The notes beneath the pieces are model-generated. The model was not told the origin of the DNA, ran no database searches, and was given only the letters and a program-made list of their open reading frames with translations. From Deltaproteobacteria bacterium (GTDB taxonomy: Bacteria > Myxococcota > Myxococcia > Myxococcales > SZAS-1), in NCBI GenBank assembly GCA_018266075.1, contig JAFEBB010000023.1:18407-82406 (forward strand): a stretch of 64,000 bases of DNA, written 5' to 3'. Positions within the stretch are counted from its first letter, which is position 1; the number at the start of each line of letters is the position of its first letter. The position numbers were made by a program, and so were the translations under genes. This document shows, one piece after another, positions 36,271-45,431 of the stretch.

Positions 36271-37952
36271 TCGCGATTGCGTTGGCGTTGGCGCTCGCGG
36301 GTTCGACGTCGGGCCAAGTTCCAGCTGATAAGGGCTCGCTTGGCACCGCCGAGTTCGAGGACTGCATCGGACGGGACGGGCACCTTCATGACTGCAATGA
36401 CGGTGTTGGGCCGAAACCGTACCGGAAGCCGGTAGCATTCGAGCGACTGCTTGCCGATGGCGGCGTCGACCGAACGATCCTCAAGGAGGACGAAGCAAGA
36501 CGGGTGGCGCCCCCGCTTCCCTCGGATGCGGAGTTGTTGGGCGCGGCCCCCAAGCGCATGACGTGCGCTTGGGTCGATACCCTCGGAGGCCAACCGCCGA
36601 AGCCTAAAGCCCGGCTGCCTGGGCAGACCGCTGATTGCTATCCACCTGATCGCGAGAAGTACTACTTGGGATCAGGCGTGGATGCCTTGGGCGACCGACT
36701 CATTGATTGTGCAGCACTCGTACCCTGCAAGCCTTCCGAGTTTCCAGACGGCCCAAAGGTGATGGTCGCGCTCGCGGCGACGGATGGCGGGCAACCATTC
36801 CACTACGACATCAGCGATCGGCTGGTGGATGGCGTGATGCCCGACGCCGGCCCGCTGGGCGCCGTTGATGCGGGCTTCAAGGAAATTGAGACTGGCACTC
36901 ACTTCAAACACGCGCCCGAATCGAAGAACGAGCCGCTCACGCTCGCCGCCACCGGTGACGTCACGCTCGGCTACCACTTCGAGGAGTACTTCAACCTTCG
37001 CCTCGATGGCGGCGCATGGGCCGACGCCGGTCCCTCGCCCGCGCAGACGAAGGAAGCGCTCTTCAAATACCCGTTCGAAAAAGTCGAGCCGGTGCTCAGC
37101 GCGGCCGACATCGCCGTCGTGAACCTCGAGTGCCCGTTCACCTCGCGCGGCGAGAAGATCGCCAAGAATTTCAACTTCCGCGCCAGCCCGGAGCTCGGCG
37201 GCGCGCTCAAGCCCGGCGGCGTGCAGGTCGTGACCATCGCCAACAACCACTTGATGGACTACGGCCCCGACGGCGTCCGCGACACCATCGACACCCTCGA
37301 CAAGCTCGGCATCGCCCACTTCGGCGCGGGCATGAACCTCGCCGAGGCGCGCAAGCCCGCCATCATCGAGCGCAAGGGCCAGAAGATCGCCTTCCTCGGC
37401 TACCTCTACATCGGCAACCCGCCCATCGAGCCCGTCGTCGTCTGGGCCACCAAGGACAAGCCCGGCGTTTCCGGCGCGGCGGGCGACCTCGACGCGCTCA
37501 TCAAGATGATTAACGAAGATGTTAAGGCCGCGAAGAAGAAGGCCGACATCGTCGTGGTGTTCTTCCATTTCGGCAAAGAGGGACTGCACGAGATCCAGCC
37601 GTATCAGGCCACGCTCGCGCACGCGGCCGTCGACGCCGGCGCGAACCTCGTGCTGGGCTCGCACCCGCACGTGCTCCAGGGCGCCGAGCGCTACAACGGC
37701 GTGCCCATCGTCTACTCGCTGGGCAACTTCGTCTTCGGCGGCAACGCGAACCCGGGCAACAAGGAGAGCGCCATCTTCACCGCGACGCTCGTGGGCAAGA
37801 AGGTCACCAAGACCGGCTTCGTGCCCGTGCAGATCACGCGCTTCCCGGACGCGCCGTTCCAGCCGTTCCCGCTCGAGGACGACGCGAAGAAGCTCATCCT
37901 TCAGCACCTCGCTGACTACTCGAAGGCGTTCCCCGAGCCGCTGGTGAAGTAG
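36267..37952 (+). CDS. CapA/PGA_cap family metallophosphatase-like protein with a roughly 230-aa N-terminal extension
   Basis: GTGA overlap with the response-regulator gene. Signal-like 'MIAIALALALAGSTSG'. The C-terminal two thirds read as CapA ('VVNLECPFTS', 'VVTIANNHLMDYG', 'VVFFHFGKEG', 'LVLGSHPHVLQG', 'YSLGNFVFGG'). Confidence 0.8.
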   Translation: MIAIALALALAGSTSGQVPADKGSLGTAEFEDCIGRDGHLHDCNDGVGPKPYRKPVAFERLLADGGVDRTILKEDEARRVAPPLPSDAELLGAAPKRMTCAWVDTLGGQPPKPKARLPGQTADCYPPDREKYYLGSGVDALGDRLIDCAALVPCKPSEFPDGPKVMVALAATDGGQPFHYDISDRLVDGVMPDAGPLGAVDAGFKEIETGTHFKHAPESKNEPLTLAATGDVTLGYHFEEYFNLRLDGGAWADAGPSPAQTKEALFKYPFEKVEPVLSAADIAVVNLECPFTSRGEKIAKNFNFRASPELGGALKPGGVQVVTIANNHLMDYGPDGVRDTIDTLDKLGIAHFGAGMNLAEARKPAIIERKGQKIAFLGYLYIGNPPIEPVVVWATKDKPGVSGAAGDLDALIKMINEDVKAAKKKADIVVVFFHFGKEGLHEIQPYQATLAHAAVDAGANLVLGSHPHVLQGAERYNGVPIVYSLGNFVFGGNANPGNKESAIFTATLVGKKVTKTGFVPVQITRFPDAPFQPFPLEDDAKKLILQHLADYSKAFPEPLVK

Positions 37953-37995
37953 CCGCGGATCCGGATCAAGCGGCCAACACACGCCGGCTTTTCGA

Positions 37996-38013
37996 GTTGA
38001 CTTCCCAGTCAAC
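37996..38013. promoter_or_regulatory. Perfect 7-bp inverted repeat in an AT-rich island upstream of etfB
   Basis: GTTGACT-tccc-AGTCAAC is followed by AATTCTTAATTGACG. It contains three TTGAC-like hexamers, lies 60-75 nt upstream of the etfB ATG and 45 nt after the capA-like stop. It is either an operator/promoter or a terminator hairpin. Confidence 0.3.
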
Positions 38014-38072
38014 AATTCTTAATTGACGTGCGCCCGACGCGCGGCGTCACGCGTCGCATCTCAGGAGCACGC

Positions 38073-38864
38073 ATGAAGATCCTGGTCACGGTGAAGCGGG
38101 TCGAAGACCCGGAGTCGAAGATCAAGGTCAAGCCCGACGGCTCGGGCATCGTGACCGAGGGCGTGAACTACAAGATGAACCCCTTCGACGAGATCGCCGT
38201 CGAAGAGGCGCTCCGCCTGCAGGCCACCCACAAGGGCGAGGTGGTCATCGTCAGCATGGGCAAGCAGGACGTGCAGACCGAGATCCGCCAGGCCCTCGCG
38301 ATGGGCGCCGACCGCGGCATCTGGGTGAAGCACGAGGGCGCCATGGATCCCGACGGCGCGTCGCGGCTGCTCCAGAAGATCGTGGAGAAGGAGAAGCCCG
38401 ACCTCGTCATCCTCGGCAAGCAGGCCATCGACGACGACCAGAACCAGACCGGCCAGCTCCTCGCGGAGCGCCTCGGCTGGGGCCAGGCGACGTTCGCGTC
38501 GAAGGAAGAGAGCCTGGAGTCCGACGCCGAGAAGAACAAGGTGCCGGGCATCAAGATCACCGGCACGAGCGCGCAGGTCGTTCGCGAGGTGGACGGCGGC
38601 CTCGAGGTGCTGGAGCTCGCGCTCCCCGCCATCGTCACCACCGACCTCCGCCTCAACAAGCCGCGCTACGCCACGCTGCCCGGCATCATGAAGGCCAAGA
38701 AGAAGCCGCTGGAGGAGCTGAACCCGGCCGGCCTGGGCGTGGACGTGACCCCGAAGGTGGCGGTGGCGAAGCTGTCGCCGCCGCCGGCGCGCAAGGCGGG
38801 CATCAAGGTGCCCGACGTGGCCGCGCTCTTCGACAAGCTCAAGAACGAAGCCAAGGTGATCTGA
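38073..38864 (+). CDS. etfB: Electron transfer flavoprotein beta subunit
   Basis: AGGAG RBS. 'MKILVTVKRVEDPESKIKV', 'MNPFDEIAVEEALRL', 'DLVILGKQAIDDDQNQTGQ'. Confidence 0.93.
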   Translation: MKILVTVKRVEDPESKIKVKPDGSGIVTEGVNYKMNPFDEIAVEEALRLQATHKGEVVIVSMGKQDVQTEIRQALAMGADRGIWVKHEGAMDPDGASRLLQKIVEKEKPDLVILGKQAIDDDQNQTGQLLAERLGWGQATFASKEESLESDAEKNKVPGIKITGTSAQVVREVDGGLEVLELALPAIVTTDLRLNKPRYATLPGIMKAKKKPLEELNPAGLGVDVTPKVAVAKLSPPPARKAGIKVPDVAALFDKLKNEAKVI

Positions 38865-38901
38865 AGCTTCTAGACCTATCGCGATATATCGAGATCAAGC
38901 C

Positions 38902-39861
38902 ATGGCAAACGTCCTCATCTATGCGGAGCAGGCGGGCGGGACTCTGAAGAAGGCAGCGCTGCCGGCCATCACGGCTGGGCAGGCGCTCGCGAAGGCCGCG
39001 GGCGGCGAGTTCGACCTCGTCGTCATCGGCGACGGCGCCGCGAAGGCGGCCGAGCAGGCCAAGACCTTCGGCGCCAAGACGGTGCACGTCGTGGAAGGGC
39101 CGGCGTTCCAGCACTACCTGGCCGAGCCGTACGCGAAGGCGATCGCCGCGGCCGCGAAGGCCAGCGGTGCCACCTGGGTCGGCAGCGCCTCGACCGCGCA
39201 GGGCAAGGATGTGATGCCCCGCGTGGCCGCGCGCCTCGACGCCGGCATGGCCTCGGACGTCCTCAGCTTCGAGGGCTCCGGCGCCGACGTGACCGTGACC
39301 CGGCCGATGTGGGCCGGCAACGTGACCGCCAGCGTGAAGATCACCTCGGCGACGAAGGTCTTCACCGCGCGCACCACCGAGTTCGGCCAGCCCGCCACGG
39401 GCGGCGCCGGCGCGGTGAACACGCTCGCGGTGGACGCCGGTGCGAGCAAGACCAAGTTCGTCTCCTTCAAGGCCGTGCAGAGCGCGCGCCCCGAGCTCAC
39501 CGAGGCGCGCATCGTCGTGTCCGGCGGCCGCGGCACCAAGGGCGACTTCAAGCCCATCGAGGGCCTCGCCGACGAGCTCCGCGCGGCGGTCGGTGCGAGC
39601 CGCGCGGTCGTCGACGCCGGCTGGCAGCCGAACGATCTGCAGGTCGGTCAGACCGGCAAGGTCGTGGCGCCCGAGCTCTACATCGCTGCGGGCATCAGCG
39701 GCGCCATCCAGCACCTCGCGGGCATGAAGGGCTCCAAGGTCATCGTCGCCATCAACAAGGACGGCGAGGCGCCCATCTTCCAGGTCGCCGACTACGGGCT
39801 CGTGGCCGATCTGTTCAAGGCGCTCCCGGAGCTGCAGGAGAAGATCAAGGCGGCGAAGTAG
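38902..39861 (+). CDS. etfA: Electron transfer flavoprotein alpha subunit
   Basis: 'RIVVSGGRG', '[13 protein letters not shown]', '[29 protein letters not shown]', 'IVAINKD'. Confidence 0.93.
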   Translation: MANVLIYAEQAGGTLKKAALPAITAGQALAKAAGGEFDLVVIGDGAAKAAEQAKTFGAKTVHVVEGPAFQHYLAEPYAKAIAAAAKASGATWVGSASTAQGKDVMPRVAARLDAGMASDVLSFEGSGADVTVTRPMWAGNVTASVKITSATKVFTARTTEFGQPATGGAGAVNTLAVDAGASKTKFVSFKAVQSARPELTEARIVVSGGRGTKGDFKPIEGLADELRAAVGASRAVVDAGWQPNDLQVGQTGKVVAPELYIAAGISGAIQHLAGMKGSKVIVAINKDGEAPIFQVADYGLVADLFKALPELQEKIKAAK

Positions 39862-39916
39862 AGCCTGCCTCTTTCCAGCCCCTTCCTCGCCTCGCGGGGA
39901 AGGGGCTTCGTGTTTC

Positions 39917-40909
39917 ATGAGCGAAGCACTCCTCGACGAGCTCGGTTGTTTTCGCATCGCCGTGCCCGTGCCGTTTCCGGCCGCGGGCGGTCCGGTCAAC
40001 GTCTACGCGTTTCGAGACGAGGGTGGCGGCCTCGCGCTGTTCGACGCCGGCATCAAGAGTGAAGACGGTGAGAAGGCCGTGCGTGATGGCCTCGCCGCCC
40101 ACGGCTTCTCCACGCGCGATGTGAAGCGGATCTTCGTCTCGCACGGACACATCGATCACTTCGGGTTTGCCTCGACGATCCAGCGCGAGAGCAATTGTCA
40201 CATTTTTGTTCATAAGCTCGACGCCGCGAAGGTCCTCGAGGCCACGCGCCACATGCGCGACTCCGAGCCGTATGCGCGCTACCTCGCGAAGCTGGGGCTC
40301 GACGAGAAGCAGATCCATTCCGTGAAGAAGGGCAGCGACTACGCCCAGGGCTTCGCCGACGGCCTCCACGACATCCGCGAGCTTCAGGGCGGCGAGACGC
40401 TGCAGTTCGAGAAGTGCCGCCTCGAGGTGATGCACCTGCCGGGACACACGCCAGGCCTGATTTGCCTCTGGGACGCCGAGCATCAGGTGCTCTTCGCCGA
40501 CGATCACCTGCTTCAGCGCATCTCGCCCAATCCGCTCATCGAGCTCGGGCCGAATGGTGAAGACGACAAGTTCCGTGCGCTGGTGACCTATCTGGAGTCG
40601 GCGCGGCGCGCGCAGCGCTTGCCCGCCAAGCTGGTGTGCCCCGGCCACGGCGAGCCGTTCGTGGGACATGATCAGCTCGTGGAGAAGCTGCTCGGCTTCT
40701 ACGAGAAGCGTCAAGCGAAGCTCCTCGGTGCGCTCGGCGAGAAGCCGCACACAGCGCTCGAGCTCGTGGGCGCGCTCTTCGGCCGCATCTATCCGAACGA
40801 GCTCTTCCTGCAGCTCTCCGAGGTGGTGGGAAACCTCGAGGTGCTCGAGGAGCAGAAGCGCATTGCGCGCAGCTTCGACGGCACCGTGTACCGCTACGCG
40901 CTAACCTGA
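39917..40909 (+). CDS. MBL-fold metallo-hydrolase
   Basis: 'IFVSHGHIDHFG' (HxHxDH), 'HLPGHTPG', 'CPGHGEPF', and a C-terminal helical tail. Confidence 0.85.
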   Translation: MSEALLDELGCFRIAVPVPFPAAGGPVNVYAFRDEGGGLALFDAGIKSEDGEKAVRDGLAAHGFSTRDVKRIFVSHGHIDHFGFASTIQRESNCHIFVHKLDAAKVLEATRHMRDSEPYARYLAKLGLDEKQIHSVKKGSDYAQGFADGLHDIRELQGGETLQFEKCRLEVMHLPGHTPGLICLWDAEHQVLFADDHLLQRISPNPLIELGPNGEDDKFRALVTYLESARRAQRLPAKLVCPGHGEPFVGHDQLVEKLLGFYEKRQAKLLGALGEKPHTALELVGALFGRIYPNELFLQLSEVVGNLEVLEEQKRIARSFDGTVYRYALT

Positions 40910-40914
40910 GCCGC

Positions 40915-41991
40915 ATGCTCGGCCCGGTGACAGCACTCGTGCTCGCCGCTGCGCCGGCGGACTTCGACGCGCGCGTGATGCGCTTCGTGCACGAGGACAA
41001 GCTGCCGCCGGGGATCGCGCTCTACGTCGCCGATGGGAAGATCGCCGCGGTGAAGGCCTGGGGCGCGCGCGCCGACGACGAGAAGCTCACGCCCGAAGCC
41101 GACGCGCTCTTCCGCATCGGTTCGAACACGAAGACCTTCACGGCCCTCGCCATCCTCGCGCTGCGCGACGCCGGCAAGCTCTCGCTCGACGACCCGCTCA
41201 CGAAGTGGATCCCCGAAGCGAAGCCGCGCCCCGCGCACGAGGGCGATCGCGCGCCGAACGTTCGCGATCTCTTGCAGCACCGCTCGGGTTTGCCGCGCGC
41301 GGGCTCGCTGCTGTGGCGGCAAATCACCAACAAGTCGATCAGCGACGAGGACGTGGTGTCAGCGCTGAGCGTGAAGCTCGAGGACGCACCGGGCGCGATG
41401 AAGACGTACTCGAACCTCGGCTACGCGGCGCTGGGGATGATCGTCGCGCGAGCGAGCGGCATGCCGTACGCCGAGTACGTGAAGCAGCACGTGCTCGCGC
41501 CGCTGGGCATCACTGACGCGGTCTGGCGCGCGGAGGACGTGCCCCCTGCGAAGCGAATCCATGGCCACGAGTCGCGCTTCTTCGGCGGGTGGAAGGTCGA
41601 CGACGACGAGTGGCACCTCGGCACCATGGACGCCGCGGGCGGGCTCTACGCGAGCGCCAACGACATGGCCCAGCTCGCGCTCTTCGAGCTCGGCCAGCGC
41701 GACGGGCCGGTGAAGCCGGAGACCGTTCGCGAGAGCCAGCAGGCCGCGGACCCGACGCTCGGCAAGTCGGGCGGGATGGGCTGGGATCTCGTCGTCGCCG
41801 GAAAGAGCCACATCATCTACAAGAATGGCGGCATGAACGCGTGGAACTCGGGGCTGGTGATTCACCCCGAGAAGCGCGTGGCGCTGGTGCTCTTGCTCGC
41901 GGGCAAGTCCGAGCACGTCGACGAGGCCGCGCTGGGGATACTTAAAGATTTGGTTACATCGCCGGGCGCGCCCGATGCCGGCGCGAAGTGA
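40915..41991 (+). CDS. Serine hydrolase (class C beta-lactamase / PBP4-like family)
   Basis: S-x-x-K 'FRIGSNTKTFTALAIL', 'YSNLGYAALG' (Y-x-N), 'KNGGMNAWNS' (KTG-like). Confidence 0.8.
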   Translation: MLGPVTALVLAAAPADFDARVMRFVHEDKLPPGIALYVADGKIAAVKAWGARADDEKLTPEADALFRIGSNTKTFTALAILALRDAGKLSLDDPLTKWIPEAKPRPAHEGDRAPNVRDLLQHRSGLPRAGSLLWRQITNKSISDEDVVSALSVKLEDAPGAMKTYSNLGYAALGMIVARASGMPYAEYVKQHVLAPLGITDAVWRAEDVPPAKRIHGHESRFFGGWKVDDDEWHLGTMDAAGGLYASANDMAQLALFELGQRDGPVKPETVRESQQAADPTLGKSGGMGWDLVVAGKSHIIYKNGGMNAWNSGLVIHPEKRVALVLLLAGKSEHVDEAALGILKDLVTSPGAPDAGAK

Positions 41992-43329
41992 TCACCTCTT
42001 CGCGTCGAGCGCGGCCAGATCCTTCTTCAGCCGCTCGACCGTGTGCGGATTGCGCTGACCCGCGGGCAGCTTCTCGGCAAACGTGATGGCGTCTTGCAGC
42101 GTCTTGCGCGCCTCGGCCGGCTTGTTCATGCGCTGGTAGATCTCGGCGCGATTGGAGAGCACGCGCAGCGTCCGCGGGCCGTAGACCTTCTGCAGCGCGC
42201 GGTTGTTGGCCGCGAGCGCGTCGTCGAGCTTGCCGAGCTCCAGATAGATGAGCGCCTCGCGCGCGGGCGGGTTGTAGTCGTCGGGCAGGTCCTTCTCCGA
42301 CTGCTGCAGCGCCGGCAGCGCACGCGCCGGATCGCCCACGGCGATCGACGCCACCACGCGATGCGGATCGAACGCGGCGCGCTCTTGTGGCGTCTTGGCC
42401 TTGGCCGCTTCCGACTCGAGGAACGCCAGCCACTCGCCCGCGAGCTTCTTCTTGCCCGCGAGATCGCCCACGTGCTCGCGCAGGTCGACGAGCGTCTCGT
42501 AGATGCCCGAGCGATCGTCACCGAGCAGCCCGGGGATCTTCAGCGCACCTTCCGCGAGCGGAACCAGCGCCTGCAACGCCTCGGTGCGCGCGGGCGAAGC
42601 GGGCGAGTCGCTCGCGCACTGCAGGCCCGTGGCGACCAGATTCGCGTACGCCGAGCCCTGCTGCATCGTGGGCGCGCGCTCGCGCGCGAGGTGCGCGCAG
42701 CCCGCGAGGTCGTTCGTCTCTTGCAGCGCGAAGTCGAGCGACTGGAGCACGCGCGGCGCGTCGGCCCAATTCGCGCCGCCTTGAGTGAGCGCGTCCCTAT
42801 AGAGCTTGGCGGCGGCCGCGTGATCGTCCTTTGCCTCGGCGGCGTCGGCAGCCGCGAGCGTCTTCTGCGCTTGATCCGCGTGCGATGGATCCAGCGCGCG
42901 CGCGCCGTCATCCAGCAGCCCGCCCAGATCGCTGGCGTTGGCGCTGCCCAGCCACTTCAGCACCACGGCCTCATGCTGCGGATCAATGACCAGCAGCGTG
43001 GGCCACGCAGAGATCGGAAACTTCTCCTGGAACGCGGCGTTCTTTTCCTTCTCGGTGTCGACGCTGAGCCAGACGAACCGTCCGGCGTGCTTCGTGAGCG
43101 CCGCGTCGGTGAAGACGTAGGCGCGCATGAAGCGGCAGGTGTGTCACCAGGGCGCCCAGACATCGACGAAGAGCGGCAGCTTCTTCGCCTTCGCCTCGGC
43201 CAGCGCGCGGCCGTAGTCGTCCTCGATGAACGGCAGCGCCTCGGTCGAGGCGGCCGCGGGCGAGTGGCTGGGGGCTGGGGGCTGGGGGCTGGCAGCAGCG
43301 ACAGCCAACGCGAGGATGGCAGCGTGCAT
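41992..43329 (-). CDS. Periplasmic thioredoxin-fold (Thioredoxin_7-like) + TPR protein with a single in-frame TGA at the first Cys of the W-C-x-x-C motif (candidate selenoprotein; alternative is a pseudogene)
   Basis: Two same-frame ORFs (43144-43329 region and 41992-43128) are separated only by TGA 43144-43146. The joined reading is '...KKLPLFVDVWAPW[TGA]HTCRFMRAYVFTDAAL...'. RBS GGAAGG lies upstream of ATG 43329 and the signal-like N-terminus is 'MHAAILALAVAAA'. TPR-like repeats occupy the C-terminal two thirds. Confidence 0.6.
43090..43132 (-). other. Extended mRNA hairpin starting 11 nt downstream of the in-frame UGA (SECIS-like candidate)
   Basis: mRNA CUUC-A-UG-C-GCGCC-UA-CGUC-[UUCACC]-GACG-C-GGCGC-U-CA-C-GAAG: about 15 bp in four helical segments with a 6-nt apical loop. 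The position fits bacterial SECIS spacing, but the loop has no G, unlike the fdhF-type consensus. Confidence 0.4.
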
Positions 43330-43343
43330 CGTTAACCTTCCTG

Positions 43344-45431
43344 TTATGGACCAGGCGTGACCACGAGCTGGTCGGACGCGGTGTTGGTGCGGCCGGTGGT
43401 GTCGGTGACCTGGAGCTTGATCGTCGCGGGCTCGGCGCTCGGGTCGTTGCCGTCGACCACCACGTTCACCAGCGCGCTGTTGCCGTAGGGCGGGAAGTTC
43501 GACGAGCCCAGGCTCACCGAGAGATCCACGCAGCCGCCGTCGTTGCTCGAGGCGCAGGTGCCCAGGCCCGCGGTCACGGTCTCGAGGTGCGTGCCGTAGC
43601 GCGTAGTGCCCGGCGGCACGGTGAGCGTCCAGCGGAAGGTCTGCAGGCCGTCGCTCTGGCCATTGGGGCATGCGGGCGTAGAGTTGGCGTCGGTGTCGAG
43701 CGAGTTGGAGCCGTCGAGGGTGATCACGCCGCCGTCGGTCGAGGCGCTGCCCGGCAGGTTGCCGGTCGGCGTGAAGGTCGCGAAGGGATCGCAGTTCACG
43801 TACGTCGCTGCGCTGACGGTCACGAGCGCGTCGGGCGTGGCCGGATCGTTCGAGGGGATGTGCAGCGTGCACTCCACCTGGCCGCCGATGTGCGGATCGC
43901 GCGTGTGCGTGAGCGTCCAATCCGTGGTGCCGCTCGGGTTGATGGTGAGCGGGAACGTCGGCGCCGAGCTGAGCGCGAAGCGCGGCAGCGTGCCCGAGCC
44001 CGACGGGTTCGGATACGCGCACGCCTCCTGGCCGCCGTCGGCGGACTCCTGGGTGAAGCTCGGCGTCTGCACGATGAGCGGCGTCCCGCCGGTGTCGCGG
44101 ACGGTGAGCGTTTGCGGGCTCGAATACTGATTTGGGTCGAAGGTGCCGTTGTTGAAGTCGAGGTTGGTCGGCACGTTGATAATCGCCGGGCTGCCCGCGA
44201 CGAGGTGCGACGTCAGGCTCCCCGCACTGGTGGCGATCACCAGATCCTCGGCCGCCGTGCCGTTGAACGGGTGGTAGGCGACCGTAAAGTTCACGGTGGC
44301 GTTGGCGCCGCCCTCGGCGTCGAGCTGGAACGGCGCGGGCTGCGGCAGGTTGATGGTGAAGACGCCGCCGTCATCTGCCGGCACCGCCACGCTCGTCACC
44401 TGCACCGCGGCGTTGCCCACGTTCTGCAGCACGAAGTGGCCGACCACATCGCTGCCGCTGAGCGTGGCCTGGCAGAGGCCGCCGCCGTCGGTCTGGTTGA
44501 AGTCGCACTGGGGCGGGGTGAGCGTCACCTGCGCCTGCGTGCCCGTGCCCTGCAGGCCGACATAGATGATGCCGTCGGGCAGCAGGCCCGAGTCGGGCAA
44601 GAAGCCCTGGTGACCGTTCGGGTCGCCGGGCACGCCGTTGGTGGTGATGTAGAGGTCCGCGAGCGAGGTCGACGAGTCCACCGGCGCGAAGTCGAGCTGC
44701 ACGTCGACCGTCGTTCCCGAAGGGATCGCGAGCGGGCTCGCAGCCGAAGGCGGCGCGCCGTGCAGGCGGAAGACCGCGCCGCCGTCGGGCAGACCGGCGT
44801 TGAGGATGCTGATGTCCGTGACGTTGAGCGTGGCGCAGCCGCTGTTCTGGAGATGAACCGGCTTGGTGGTCACGAGCCCCGAAGCCGTGTCCGCGAAGGT
44901 GAGGAACTCGCAGCTGCCGTCCTGCGGCGCGCCCGTCTGGTCCTCGCAGGTGCTGGTCCACGTGGGCTGCGGCGCCAGCGACTCGCCCTGGCCGGTGAGC
45001 CGCACGTTCACCTCGCCCTTGTTCGGGTCGTCGGTGTCGACGGTGATGGTGGCGCTCTGGTTGCCCTGCACCAGCGGCGCGAACTGCACGTCGATCTCGA
45101 TCGACGTGGCTGCGGAGATCGAGGCGGGCAGGGTGGGCGGGTTGGTGATCTTGAAGCTGCCCGCGTTGGCGCCGCCGAGCGCGACCTTGGTGATGCTCAG
45201 GTTGTTGGTGCCCGAGTTCTTGATGAGGAAGCTCTTGCCCACCGCCGCGTTGCCCGAGCTCGCCAGGCAGGCCGGATCGAAGGAGAGCGCGGTGTCGTCC
45301 TCGGTGACGTCGTGCCCGTTCACGGAGAGCACCACGATGCCGCTGGTGGTGTTGGTGTGCGGCTTGGTGCCGCAGTTGCACGCCGGGATGAGCGCGAGCG
45401 TGACGAGAAGCGAGGGCCAGGTGCGACGCAT
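43344..45431 (-). CDS. Large lipoprotein with repeated Ig-like (choice-of-anchor D / HYDIN-type) domains
   Basis: ATG 45431. 'MRRTWPSLLVTLALIPAC' is a lipoprotein signal. Repeats read like 'FLIKNSGTNNLSITKV..GANAGSFKI...ATITVDTDDPNKGEVNVRLTGQG'. Many paired Cys. The gene ends 14 nt before the Trx-like gene start. Confidence 0.75.
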   Translation of the reverse strand: MRRTWPSLLVTLALIPACNCGTKPHTNTTSGIVVLSVNGHDVTEDDTALSFDPACLASSGNAAVGKSFLIKNSGTNNLSITKVALGGANAGSFKITNPPTLPASISAATSIEIDVQFAPLVQGNQSATITVDTDDPNKGEVNVRLTGQGESLAPQPTWTSTCEDQTGAPQDGSCEFLTFADTASGLVTTKPVHLQNSGCATLNVTDISILNAGLPDGGAVFRLHGAPPSAASPLAIPSGTTVDVQLDFAPVDSSTSLADLYITTNGVPGDPNGHQGFLPDSGLLPDGIIYVGLQGTGTQAQVTLTPPQCDFNQTDGGGLCQATLSGSDVVGHFVLQNVGNAAVQVTSVAVPADDGGVFTINLPQPAPFQLDAEGGANATVNFTVAYHPFNGTAAEDLVIATSAGSLTSHLVAGSPAIINVPTNLDFNNGTFDPNQYSSPQTLTVRDTGGTPLIVQTPSFTQESADGGQEACAYPNPSGSGTLPRFALSSAPTFPLTINPSGTTDWTLTHTRDPHIGGQVECTLHIPSNDPATPDALVTVSAATYVNCDPFATFTPTGNLPGSASTDGGVITLDGSNSLDTDANSTPACPNGQSDGLQTFRWTLTVPPGTTRYGTHLETVTAGLGTCASSNDGGCVDLSVSLGSSNFPPYGNSALVNVVVDGNDPSAEPATIKLQVTDTTGRTNTASDQLVVTPGP

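Noticed and set aside
43126-43329. A two-gene model: a 61-aa peptide ending at TGA 43144-43146 plus a separate 378-aa gene starting at ATG 43128.
   Set aside because: The split falls inside a single thioredoxin-fold motif (WAPW | HTC). The short ORF would be a signal peptide plus half a beta-alpha unit. The long ORF would lack its signal peptide, its RBS and the first active-site residue. Both are in the same frame. Read-through (Sec) or a recent nonsense mutation fits better.
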